NCBI GenBank assembly: GCA_944376605.1
Contig: CALWDE010000007.1
Coordinates: 23,759 to 87,758, forward strand
Length of the DNA stretch: 64,000 nt
Reading direction: 5' to 3'
From: an uncultured Bacilli bacterium
Lineage (GTDB): Bacteria; Bacillota_I; Bacilli_A; RFN20; CAG-826
The notes under the pieces: generated by a model
What the model was told of the DNA's origin: nothing
The model's input: the letters and a program-made list of their open reading frames with translations, nothing else
Databases searched by the model: none
Shown: positions 1 to 9,048 of the stretch, piece after piece
How positions within the stretch are numbered: the stretch's first letter is position 1
Layout of the letters: every line of letters starts with the position of its first letter
Program-made: the position numbers and the translations under genes

Positions 1-753
1 TCTATCATGAAAGGTAGTAACAAAACGCCATAAAGCGTATAAAGCGCCAAAGATTAAAAACACAACAAGGAAGAAGAAAGAAATCATCCCTAGTAACATG
101 ATCGCGATTGCCAAAGTGAATGGTTTTCTCTCCCGTAATACCTTTTCAATACCAAGAAGAATTAAAGGAAGGGTAAAGGCCATTGATAGGTATGAAGGGA
201 AGCCTACCATGAAATTTAAATAACCAGAGAAAGCAAAAACTACTCCGCCAAGCCGAGAACTGCCTTCCGATACTTCCATGTAGCGGAGAAATGCCCGCAT
301 AGACAAAGCGCTGACAACACCTTTTATCAGAGCGGACAAAACAAACATTTGAGGCATCCAGCTTCTCGGAAAAATTAAAGCAGGCAATAAAAAGGGATCA
401 AAAAGACCATAGTAAGCATTACTGCCAATATTATCTGTTCCTAAAAAGGTAGAAAAAGAATACAAAGGGAAGCTTCCTGTTTCAAAAAAGTCGTACCACA
501 TATCGCGAAAGCCATATGCCATCGTGACATATTGAGAACTGTAGTCCCAGCCATATAAAACAGAAAAATTGTTCACAAAGATGGCATAAGCCATCCAAAG
601 CACTCCAACTCCTAAAATTAATAAAGCATAATAAAATAAAGAACTCGTATCGAAGAGAAAAGAAAACTTCTTCATGAAAAAATCCTTGTAATTCACGCTT
701 AAATTTACGGATTTTCGTGTAGAAGAGGCCGGAGAAGGTGCCTTACGGATCAT
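1..753 (-). CDS. YfhO-family polytopic membrane protein (putative glycosyltransferase), 3' end off-window
   Basis: The minus-strand ORF was not in the track because it lacks an in-window stop. I translated it as MIRKAPSPASSTRKSVNLSVNYKDFFMKKFSFLFDTSSLFYYALLILGVGVLWMAYAIFVNNFSVLYGWDYSSQYV..., which is hydrophobic and YfhO-like at the N-terminus. The ATG at 751-753 is preceded by GGAGGT (761-766) with a 7-nt spacer. Confidence 0.55.
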   Translation of the reverse strand, partial: MIRKAPSPASSTRKSVNLSVNYKDFFMKKFSFLFDTSSLFYYALLILGVGVLWMAYAIFVNNFSVLYGWDYSSQYVTMAYGFRDMWYDFFETGSFPLYSFSTFLGTDNIGSNAYYGLFDPFLLPALIFPRSWMPQMFVLSALIKGVVSALSMRAFLRYMEVSEGSSRLGGVVFAFSGYLNFMVGFPSYLSMAFTLPLILLGIEKVLRERKPFTLAIAIMLLGMISFFFLVVFLIFGALYALWRFVTTFHDR

Positions 754-791
754 CTCAAATACCTCCTTTTCTCTCGCATTTTTTCATTATA

Positions 792-1796
792 TTATCGTTT
801 TTTCCTTTTCCTACTAGGAAAAGATTTCTCTCGGCGCGATTTTTCTTCCTTCTCCTTTTTAACCTCTTGATGGGTTTTCCAAAATAGGGACTTAAAAGAC
901 TTTGGTAAGGGGGATGAAATATCATAAGAAATCTTTGTAAGAGGATTTACAAAAGTTAACTGGGAGGCATGTAGACCTAATCGCTTTAAGGGATTAGAAG
1001 GCTCTCCATACTTATCATCTCCAATTACATAGTGACCCGTATGCCCTAACTGAACACGAATTTGATTTTTTCTCCCTGTGGAAATATCTACATCTAACAA
1101 AGCGTACTTTGCATTGGAAGCAATAACTTTGTAGTGGGTAACTGCTAATTTACCTTTACTTTTAATCGGAGTGACATACACCTTTTGTGTCGAATCTTGC
1201 GCCAAATAGTCCTTGAGCACTTTCTCTTTTTCAATATTTCCTGGTTCGACAATAGCAAAATATCTTCTAAGAGATACTACTTTCCCCCAATCTTTTTGTA
1301 AGGCTAAACGCGTTTCAATATTTTTAGCAAAAATAAGAACACCAGAAGTATCTTCATCAAGTCGGTGTACCACAAATATCCTGGCTCCTTTTCTTTTGGA
1401 AGCAATATATTCGGATACCATTCGGTAAGCAGTTCTTCCTTTTTCTCGATCGCTGGCAACAGAAAGCAATCCAGACGGCTTATCAATAGCGATAATGTCA
1501 TCGTCTTCAAATAAAATGGGAATGGGACGCGGAATGTGGTTTTTAATGGGCGTCCAAGATAAGGTCACTTCATCTTCTTTATAAAGGGGGAAGTGAAAAA
1601 AATCAGTGGGAACGCCTCCTACTGCAACTTGATGATTCATGATGATACGTTTTACGTTCTTTTCGGATTGAGCAGGAATCTTCTTCTTTAAAAATTCCAA
1701 AAGAGTCGTGTCTTCATATACGACAAACGTTTTTGTGTAGTTTGGGTTAATGAGGCCCTTTTTGCTGCGATTTCGCTTTGGATCATTTTTATTCAT
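792..1796 (-). CDS. RluA-family 23S rRNA pseudouridine synthase (RluD/RluC-like) with a C-terminal K/R/E-rich tail
   Basis: HRLDEDTSGVLIFAKN catalytic motif (RluA family, Asp nucleophile). N-terminal S4-like region. An unusual ~45-aa basic tail (KKEKEEKSRREKSFPSRKRKKR). Confidence 0.8.
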   Translation of the reverse strand: MNKNDPKRNRSKKGLINPNYTKTFVVYEDTTLLEFLKKKIPAQSEKNVKRIIMNHQVAVGGVPTDFFHFPLYKEDEVTLSWTPIKNHIPRPIPILFEDDDIIAIDKPSGLLSVASDREKGRTAYRMVSEYIASKRKGARIFVVHRLDEDTSGVLIFAKNIETRLALQKDWGKVVSLRRYFAIVEPGNIEKEKVLKDYLAQDSTQKVYVTPIKSKGKLAVTHYKVIASNAKYALLDVDISTGRKNQIRVQLGHTGHYVIGDDKYGEPSNPLKRLGLHASQLTFVNPLTKISYDISSPLPKSFKSLFWKTHQEVKKEKEEKSRREKSFPSRKRKKR

Positions 1797-1825
1797 AAAA
1801 CATTAGCAAGATACAAGTACTTCCT

Positions 1826-2695
1826 TTAAGAAGCAATAAACTCTTTTAAGGAGGAAAGAGAATTTTCCATATCTTTCTTCCCAAGTTCGATAAGAGGAGA
1901 AAGTTTCTTACCGTTCCTTTCGGTAGGAGCAACACGAACTTCAGAAGAGGGATAAAGCAAAAAGACTTGGTTTTCTTTTGCCATTTCTTCTAATTCATCC
2001 ATTTTTCTATTGTAAGTAGCATAAGAATTTTCAATAAGAGGAAGTAAGTTTGGAAAGTTACGATACATCTTATTTGCGACTAATTTACTTGCTTTAGAAG
2101 GCTTCTTTTTTCGGTATCCTTTTTCACGCGTGAGAATACAGACAACCTTTTTAAACCCTAAAGAAAAAGCCTCCTGATAAGGAACGCTAGACAAAATTCC
2201 TCCATCTAAATAGGCTTCCTCTTCAATCCAAACGGGTTTTGATAAAAGAGGTAAAGAAGAGGATGCTGCTAAGCCTTCCCAAAAGTGAGGTTCACTCTTT
2301 TCAAATAAAACTGTCTTTCCTTCCTTTAAAGAGGTTGCAACCGCATATAGTTTTGCGGGATTTTCACGAAACTTTTTTGCATTAAAAGGCAATCCTTTAT
2401 TTGGCAAAACATAGAAAAGATAATGAAAGTCATAAATCGAGCCTTTGGTAATTAAGTTTAAAGGAGAAAGCAGTTTTGTATCGCTTGTGCCATCACGAAG
2501 TAGTGCGGCACTTCTCCCCTTATCTTGAGAAATATAGTTCACACCTAAAAGAGCGCCAGCAGATGTACCAACTACAGCAGGAAAATATATTTTTTCTTTT
2601 AAAAGAACATCAAGCGCCCCAGCAGAATAAGCTGCGCGTGTTCCTCCTCCTTGCAAAACTAAGGCAATATCAGAGTTCACCAGTTCACCTCGCAA
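1826..2695 (-). CDS. patatin-like phospholipase
   Basis: GGGTRAAYSAGALDVL oxyanion/glycine-rich motif. GTSAG (GxSxG) nucleophile elbow. DGG catalytic Asp motif. Confidence 0.8.
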   Translation of the reverse strand: MRGELVNSDIALVLQGGGTRAAYSAGALDVLLKEKIYFPAVVGTSAGALLGVNYISQDKGRSAALLRDGTSDTKLLSPLNLITKGSIYDFHYLFYVLPNKGLPFNAKKFRENPAKLYAVATSLKEGKTVLFEKSEPHFWEGLAASSSLPLLSKPVWIEEEAYLDGGILSSVPYQEAFSLGFKKVVCILTREKGYRKKKPSKASKLVANKMYRNFPNLLPLIENSYATYNRKMDELEEMAKENQVFLLYPSSEVRVAPTERNGKKLSPLIELGKKDMENSLSSLKEFIAS

Positions 2696-4578
2696 CTTCG
2701 AATGGCATCCGCATAAATATCTCTTTGACGGTTTTGGCTATCTCTTTCGATTTCTTCTAAATAGGAATAAGAACTTTGCTCGGAAACATAGGAGAGAACA
2801 ATAACGTAATATGTCTTACTTAAATCCACATTCCAGGAATTTAAATCACCTTCTGTCGCCGATACGCAGTATCCATCTTGCAAGAGAAGTTGTAGTCCTT
2901 GCCCAGAAACTGAACATAAAACATTGTCATTATCAAAAGGTAAGGCTTGATATAAATCGCCATAAGTTAATCTGCCAGAAGGAAGAGAATTTCTAGCGCA
3001 ACCACTGTTCACAAACGCTGCGCTAATTTCATATCTTCCTTCGTATTTTTCTTGATAGAAGGTAAGCATGGAGGCAGTACTTTCATTTGCGATTTGAGAA
3101 CGAGATAATCCCGGGCAAGATTCGGAAAGAACCTCATTCTTAATAGGATCAATAATTGAAGAGTAATTAGAAATTAAGTGATTTGTCGCAGTATCTTCGC
3201 TCTCTGCACACAAACTATAACCATTAATTTCTTTACCATCAGAGTACACCAAGGAATCACCTTCACGAACAAAATGTAAGTAATTCATACCATCCCCATT
3301 ACTCCAACCTTGGCTATGAGGAATACCGTACTCATCTTCATAAAGATACCCTTGATGGGTATGGCCTTCGAAAATTAAGTCAATATAAGAAGAGTATTTC
3401 GAACTAACATAATAGTCACCATTGTGGCAAAGAATCATGACTAAGTCACAGTCTTCCTCTTCTTTTAAGCGTTTTGCTTCTTCTCCAGATAATTCCTGAT
3501 AAGTATCAAGAAGACTGTATCCACCAAGACTGGAAACAGCGATACTTCCTTCTAAATCACCAATGGAACCGACAACACCAATCTTCCAACCACCTCTTTG
3601 AATAATTTTGGAAGGTGCAGCCCAAGCAGGAGTGTTTCCTTCAGGATCACGAATATTAATACCTAAGAAAGGGAAATTAGAACGAAGCAAATTGTGTTCA
3701 ATGTAACTCACTCCCCAGTCAAACTCATGATTCCCAATTGCCATTGCGTCAAAGCCAACAATGTTCATCCAGTCCACCATAATGGCACCGTGAGTGAGAT
3801 TAGAATCTGCAGTACCTTGCCACATGTCTCCTACAGAAGAAATCACCACCTCGTCAGGAGAAGCAAGAGCTTCTCTTCTTAAATAGTTTCCTAAGCGAGA
3901 GATACCAGGCTGGACATTATCAATCTCGTAACTAACTGCGCCATGTGTGTCATTAAGAGCATAAAAAGTTAAATCATCTACCTTATCAGGAAGAAGATAA
4001 CTTTCTTCGCTTTCAAGAGTAAATGTTACAGAAGAAATATCCATCTCTCCGACAGCAACGCCAAGCGAAACAAAAGGAGAGGGGGGTAAAGAAATCTCGC
4101 TACCATCGCAATATTGAGCGCCTATCACTGGATCAACAATCGCGTACTCAGAATTTTTAATGTAAACAAAATCTTCATCAGAATAGTTAGCGTCAAAAGC
4201 AATATCTGAAATGAGATTTAATGGAGTTTGGTTGGTAAGATACCCACCATGCGTCAAATGAATCGAACCATCAGAATTTTCTGTCGCGTTAAAGAAACGC
4301 ATTACTACTTCTTCTCCGTTCTCGGTTAAATAACTCGCAGACAAAACATTTTCCCCTTCTTTTTCTAATTCCATATCCGAAAAGGTAAAAGAAAGAGAAG
4401 ACTCAGAAACAGTTACAAGAGAAGAGGAAGAAATTGTCGAAGTGGAATTTGTACTAAAAGAGAAAGAAGAGCCTTGGGAAGAAGAGTTTGTTCCTAATGA
4501 GGAAGAACTTCCTGTATGGCCACAAGCACTGAAAAGAAAAATGGGAAGAATTGCAAATAAAATAACTGATTTTTTCAT
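2677..4578 (-). CDS. 5'-nucleotidase/metallophosphoesterase-family lipoprotein (UshA-like)
   Basis: Signal peptide with lipobox LFSAC followed by an S/T-rich linker. GNHEFDWG calcineurin-like phosphoesterase motif. GDMWQGT. Confidence 0.7.
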   Translation of the reverse strand: MKKSVILFAILPIFLFSACGHTGSSSSLGTNSSSQGSSFSFSTNSTSTISSSSLVTVSESSLSFTFSDMELEKEGENVLSASYLTENGEEVVMRFFNATENSDGSIHLTHGGYLTNQTPLNLISDIAFDANYSDEDFVYIKNSEYAIVDPVIGAQYCDGSEISLPPSPFVSLGVAVGEMDISSVTFTLESEESYLLPDKVDDLTFYALNDTHGAVSYEIDNVQPGISRLGNYLRREALASPDEVVISSVGDMWQGTADSNLTHGAIMVDWMNIVGFDAMAIGNHEFDWGVSYIEHNLLRSNFPFLGINIRDPEGNTPAWAAPSKIIQRGGWKIGVVGSIGDLEGSIAVSSLGGYSLLDTYQELSGEEAKRLKEEEDCDLVMILCHNGDYYVSSKYSSYIDLIFEGHTHQGYLYEDEYGIPHSQGWSNGDGMNYLHFVREGDSLVYSDGKEINGYSLCAESEDTATNHLISNYSSIIDPIKNEVLSESCPGLSRSQIANESTASMLTFYQEKYEGRYEISAAFVNSGCARNSLPSGRLTYGDLYQALPFDNDNVLCSVSGQGLQLLLQDGYCVSATEGDLNSWNVDLSKTYYVIVLSYVSEQSSYSYLEEIERDSQNRQRDIYADAIRSCEVNW

Positions 4579-4741
4579 AAGGATATTTTAGCAAATTCGC
4601 ATTCCTTTTTGTGATTTTCCTTTTGTGGCATAATTTCCGTATGAAAAATATGACGCCAAAAACACCATGGTATATGTATTTGGTGCCAATTTGTCTAGGC
4701 TTAACAGCGATTACTATTTTGGTTTTACTAATTATTTTTGC

Positions 4742-5608
4742 TTAATCTTCATCAGAATTCTTAAGCAAGGGGCTATATAAATCTGTTCTGCGGTCACGGA
4801 ATACTCCCCAATCTCTTCTTTCTCTAGCAATCTCATCAAGATCAAATTCATGAATCAAGATTGTCTCTTCCTCGCGTGTTGCTTCTTCCACTTTTTCCCC
4901 GTGTTGGTCAGCGATAAAAGATGAACCAAAAAACTTCATGGAACTATTCGCATCACTTTCTACACCAATTCGGTTAGCAGCAAGAAGCGGCATAATATTT
5001 GCTGCGGCATGACCTCGCATCACATTTTGCCAATGGGTTTTAGAATCAACAGGCAAGACAGGTTCAGAACCAATCGCGGTTGGGAATAAAAGAACTTCGG
5101 CGCCTTTTAAAGCAAGAATTCTTGCTGTCTCAGGGAACCATTGATCCCAACAAATCGCCGCTCCAATTTTACCAATGGAAGTATTAGCCACTTGAAAGCC
5201 AGTATCTCCTGGCGTGAAATAAAACTTCTCTTCGTAGCATTCCCCAGTAGGAATATGAGACTTTCTATAAAAAGACTTCCTCGTTCCGTCTTTATCAAAG
5301 ATTACAAGTGAGTTGTAATAGCAATTACCAGATTTTTCAAAGAAAGAAATAGCTAAAACCATTTGCATTTCCTTTGCTTTTTTTGAAAAATGAGCAAGGG
5401 TTTGCGAGGATTTTGCTTCTTCTGCTTTATCAAAATAGTCATAATTTTCAACTTGGCAAAAATAGTGACCTTCAAATAGTTCTGGCAAGAGAAGTAAATC
5501 AGCGTTTAAGCGTTTTGCCGCATGAAGCAAGACATCCGCCTTGCGGATTGCCTCCTCGTACTTCTCAGGCATGGAATATTGAGCAAGAGCTAAACGAACC
5601 TTACGCAT
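4742..5608 (-). CDS. aguB: N-carbamoylputrescine amidase (CN-hydrolase family)
   Basis: Typical AguB N-terminus (RLALAQYSM..., LLLLPELF). Nitrilase-superfamily E-K-C signature (AAICWDQWFPE). Immediately downstream of agmatine deiminase with zero gap. Confidence 0.8.
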   Translation of the reverse strand: MRKVRLALAQYSMPEKYEEAIRKADVLLHAAKRLNADLLLLPELFEGHYFCQVENYDYFDKAEEAKSSQTLAHFSKKAKEMQMVLAISFFEKSGNCYYNSLVIFDKDGTRKSFYRKSHIPTGECYEEKFYFTPGDTGFQVANTSIGKIGAAICWDQWFPETARILALKGAEVLLFPTAIGSEPVLPVDSKTHWQNVMRGHAAANIMPLLAANRIGVESDANSSMKFFGSSFIADQHGEKVEEATREEETILIHEFDLDEIARERRDWGVFRDRRTDLYSPLLKNSDED

Positions 5609-8227
5609 TTAAAATCCTCCTTTGCGCTTTGGCATTTGCATGGTGATGCAGTGAATATTTCCTCCTCCTAAGAGGATTTCTCTAGAGTAAATTTGATGAA
5701 TCTTCTTGTTAGGGAAAAGCGACTTCATTATCTCATAAGCTTTAGCGTCTTCCGCTACATGAAAAGCAGGAAGAATGACAAAATCTTTTCCTTGATAGAA
5801 ATTAACGTAGCTTGCCGCTAATCTTCTACCTGCTAAGCGCTTGTCCATGGTGGTTCTTGTGCAAGTTACACCTCTTGCTTCCTCTTCCTTAATGAAAAGA
5901 GGAGGTTGAGGTACTAGGAGTTTATGAATTTTAAAACTTCTACCTTTTGCATCTTTTTGTTCTTTTAGAGCATCATAAGTCATTCGGCAAAATTCATATT
6001 GTGGGTCAGAAGTATCTTCTGTCCAAGCCATAACAACTTCGCCTGGTTTGACAAAAGCCACCATATTGTCGATGTGTTCATCTGTTTCATCTTCATAGAT
6101 ACCGTGTGGCACCCAGACGATTTTTTCTACCCCAAGATACTCTCTAAGAATTTCTTCAATCTCCACTCTTCTAAGCGAGGGATTACGTCCTTTAGAAAGT
6201 AAACACGCTTCTGTGCAAATAAGTGTTCCTTCTCCGTCTACCGCAATCGATCCGCCTTCTAAAACAAAGGTTGGATGATAATAAGAGAGCATCTTTAATC
6301 TACGAGAAATTAAATAAGAAATGCGGTCATCATCGCGGTAGTTGGAATATAAACCATCATAATCTCCGCCCCACGCATTAAAGCGGAAATCTACCGAACG
6401 AATCTGTTTTCCGTTTGTTACAAATAAGGGTAAGGAATCTCTAGCCCAAGCATCGTTATAACGAATCGAAATCACATCAATATTTTTATGACCATTAAAT
6501 AAAGGGGCGACTCGTTTATAAATGGCAGGATGAACACCCATCACTACTTTTTCATGCTCCGCAATCGCATCAGCTACTTCAAGATAGTTTTTTTGTGCAG
6601 GTTCCCCTTTTTCTCTCCAAGTATCCGCGCGGAAGGGCATTAACATAAAAGTACATTCATGTTCATCACCCTCGAAAGGCAAAGAATATCCGTCCGCGTA
6701 AGGTACCGTTTTTCTATTTTCCATATAATCTTCTAGTTTTCTTTCTACTAAAGAATATCGTTTCCAGGCTTCCTTATCGATAACTTCAAAACCATCCGGA
6801 TAGTTTTTCATTAAAGTTACTCCATTTTCTTGAAGCCTTTTTACTTTTAAGATAAGTTCTTTTGTCCACACCTCTCCTGGAGAAATAAGCGGAATGCCTG
6901 GAGGATACATCATGACTTGCTCTTTACTAATTTCTCCGTCTAGCTCTTCTAATTTTTCTACTCTGCCTGTTGCCTGAAAGGCGCTTCTTGGACGAATTAG
7001 CATGAATGGGAATCCAGAATCGAAATGGTGAACAGGATAATTCATCTCCCCTTTATAGTGAGTGCGAGAAATATCTTTTAAGGCAGCAATAAGACGATCT
7101 ACATGCTCTTTTTTACTGCCAATCGACAAGATCCCTAATAAAGCATAAGTTTCCGCTAATTCCATCTGAATGCCATAATGGGTGTTTAAGAGACGATATA
7201 GTTCAAAACCTGTTAAATCGAGGCCATCTAAGCCAATTAGAAGCTTCGTTTCATCATAATTGAAGGAACCTTTTTCCAAATACCTCTTTTTTGTTTCAGG
7301 ACAAAAGCCTGGTATTTTTCCAATTTCCTCTTCGGCATATCGCGCTAAAGCGTAAGTATCTTCTAAAGCCTTTTTCCCCTCTTCTGATTCCATAAACGCT
7401 CGCGCCCCATCTATGCTGCCAAGTAATAAGGAAGAAGGGGAGGTTGTAGTGACAATATTAAGACCTTTCTGCACATCTTCTTTATGAAAGATTCCCTCTT
7501 TTAGTAAGACGACAGAAGATTGCGTTAAAGAACCTCCTGTCTTATGAAGAGAAAGGCAAGATAAATCCGCGCCAGCGTCCATAGCAGAAAGGGGCGCTCC
7601 TTCTGCATGAAAATAATAATGAGCACCATGTGCTTCATCGGTAAGCACTGCCATATGGTGGAGATGGGCAAATTCGACAATTTCTTTTAGCGGCGCTACA
7701 TCGCCAAAATAAGTTGGATTAATCACAAATACTGCTTTTGCGGAAGGATGACGAAGAATCGCTTTTTTATATGCTTCTAGAGGAGGCTGATTGGCAATCT
7801 CTAAATTATTATCAAGAGAGGGCATGATATAAACTGGGACAGCACCGCATAAAATTAAGGCATTGATTACAGACTTATGGATGTTCCTTGGCAAAATAAT
7901 TTTATCTCCTGCCTTTAAGGCAGTAAGAAAAATAGAAAGAATGCCGCCCGTAGTACCGTTGACAGAAAAGAAAGCGTAATCGGCATGCGCCATCTTAGCA
8001 AAAAGCTCTTCTGCTTCGCGTAATACGCCGTGTGGATTACTTAAATTATCGAGTCCATAAGGCGCGTTCATATCCGCGGCAAAAACGCTTTCCCCTACCA
8101 AAGAGGAGAAAGGATTTTTCTCACCAGATAAATGATGACCCGGGACATCAAAGGGAGTCATCTTTTTCTCTACATATTCACTCATCGCCTTTAGAAAAGG
8201 CGCTTTATATTCCTTCATCTTACTCAC
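5609..8227 (-). CDS. fused Orn/Lys/Arg decarboxylase (arginine decarboxylase-like, fold I PLP) :: agmatine deiminase
   Basis: The N-terminal ~490 aa carry the OKR_DC_1 signature (SLHKTGGSLTQSS with PLP lysine; FDVPGHH N-terminus like B. subtilis SpeA). The C-terminal ~380 aa are agmatine deiminase/PAD-family (DTWREKGEPAQ, WARDSLP, catalytic Cys motif GGGNIHCITMQMP). It is a single uninterrupted 872-aa frame. Confidence 0.75.
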   Translation of the reverse strand: MSKMKEYKAPFLKAMSEYVEKKMTPFDVPGHHLSGEKNPFSSLVGESVFAADMNAPYGLDNLSNPHGVLREAEELFAKMAHADYAFFSVNGTTGGILSIFLTALKAGDKIILPRNIHKSVINALILCGAVPVYIMPSLDNNLEIANQPPLEAYKKAILRHPSAKAVFVINPTYFGDVAPLKEIVEFAHLHHMAVLTDEAHGAHYYFHAEGAPLSAMDAGADLSCLSLHKTGGSLTQSSVVLLKEGIFHKEDVQKGLNIVTTTSPSSLLLGSIDGARAFMESEEGKKALEDTYALARYAEEEIGKIPGFCPETKKRYLEKGSFNYDETKLLIGLDGLDLTGFELYRLLNTHYGIQMELAETYALLGILSIGSKKEHVDRLIAALKDISRTHYKGEMNYPVHHFDSGFPFMLIRPRSAFQATGRVEKLEELDGEISKEQVMMYPPGIPLISPGEVWTKELILKVKRLQENGVTLMKNYPDGFEVIDKEAWKRYSLVERKLEDYMENRKTVPYADGYSLPFEGDEHECTFMLMPFRADTWREKGEPAQKNYLEVADAIAEHEKVVMGVHPAIYKRVAPLFNGHKNIDVISIRYNDAWARDSLPLFVTNGKQIRSVDFRFNAWGGDYDGLYSNYRDDDRISYLISRRLKMLSYYHPTFVLEGGSIAVDGEGTLICTEACLLSKGRNPSLRRVEIEEILREYLGVEKIVWVPHGIYEDETDEHIDNMVAFVKPGEVVMAWTEDTSDPQYEFCRMTYDALKEQKDAKGRSFKIHKLLVPQPPLFIKEEEARGVTCTRTTMDKRLAGRRLAASYVNFYQGKDFVILPAFHVAEDAKAYEIMKSLFPNKKIHQIYSREILLGGGNIHCITMQMPKRKGGF

Positions 8228-8238
8228 AGGTAATGATT

Positions 8239-9048
8239 CTACCTAATCTCAACAAAACTAGGTATGGGAATCAATCCAAGTTGAAATAATCCTTGGACAA
8301 TACCATCTTCCTCACAAGAGGGACATACATAGCTTGCCACCTCTTTTACCTCTTTTTTCGCATTCCCCATTGCTAAAAATTTTCCAACTTCTTTCGCAAG
8401 AGAAATATCTTGAATATCGTCGCCAAACCCCGCTGCTTCTTCCTTTTTTAGAGAATAATGTGCTAATACTTTCCGCAAAGTTTCTCCTTTGCTATGCGGA
8501 TAAGCAACTACATCAGATCCATAGGGGCTGTAACGGTAAAAAGTAAGAGAAGGGTTTTCTCTTTTTAACTCTAAATCAGTGTCTTCTGTGCTAAATAAGT
8601 TAAAAAGACAAACTTCTTCCTCCTGATATTCCCCTTCTTCAGCGATATGTTCTTGAAAATAAGTGTAATAACTTTTTGCAATCTCATTAAGAGAACCAAT
8701 TCTTACTCTTTTCTTTGGTTCCACAAGTTCGCAGGTTAACTTTCTTTTTTGGCAAGAGGAAAGAAATTCGTATACGTTTTTGCTAGGCACTAAGTCTTTG
8801 TGAATATATTTACCATCCGCGAAGGCTAAAGAACCTGCTGAAGCAACATAGCCATCCCACTCAATCCCTAAATCAAACACTCCTAGTCTGCGAAAGGAAT
8901 CATACGGTCTTGCTGTGCACAAAAAACACTTTAGCTGAGGGTTTAACTGCTTCGCTTTTTGAATTGCTTTGATAGAACCGGTTACAAAAGATTGCTGAGC
9001 GTTATCGTATAAGGTTCCATCAATATCAAAAAAGATCGCTTTAATCAT
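8239..9048 (-). CDS. HAD-superfamily Cof-type (IIB) phosphatase
   Basis: N-terminal FFDIDGTL motif. C-terminal GDDIQDISL (GDxxND-like) motif. Confidence 0.75.
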   Translation of the reverse strand: MIKAIFFDIDGTLYDNAQQSFVTGSIKAIQKAKQLNPQLKCFLCTARPYDSFRRLGVFDLGIEWDGYVASAGSLAFADGKYIHKDLVPSKNVYEFLSSCQKRKLTCELVEPKKRVRIGSLNEIAKSYYTYFQEHIAEEGEYQEEEVCLFNLFSTEDTDLELKRENPSLTFYRYSPYGSDVVAYPHSKGETLRKVLAHYSLKKEEAAGFGDDIQDISLAKEVGKFLAMGNAKKEVKEVASYVCPSCEEDGIVQGLFQLGLIPIPSFVEIR

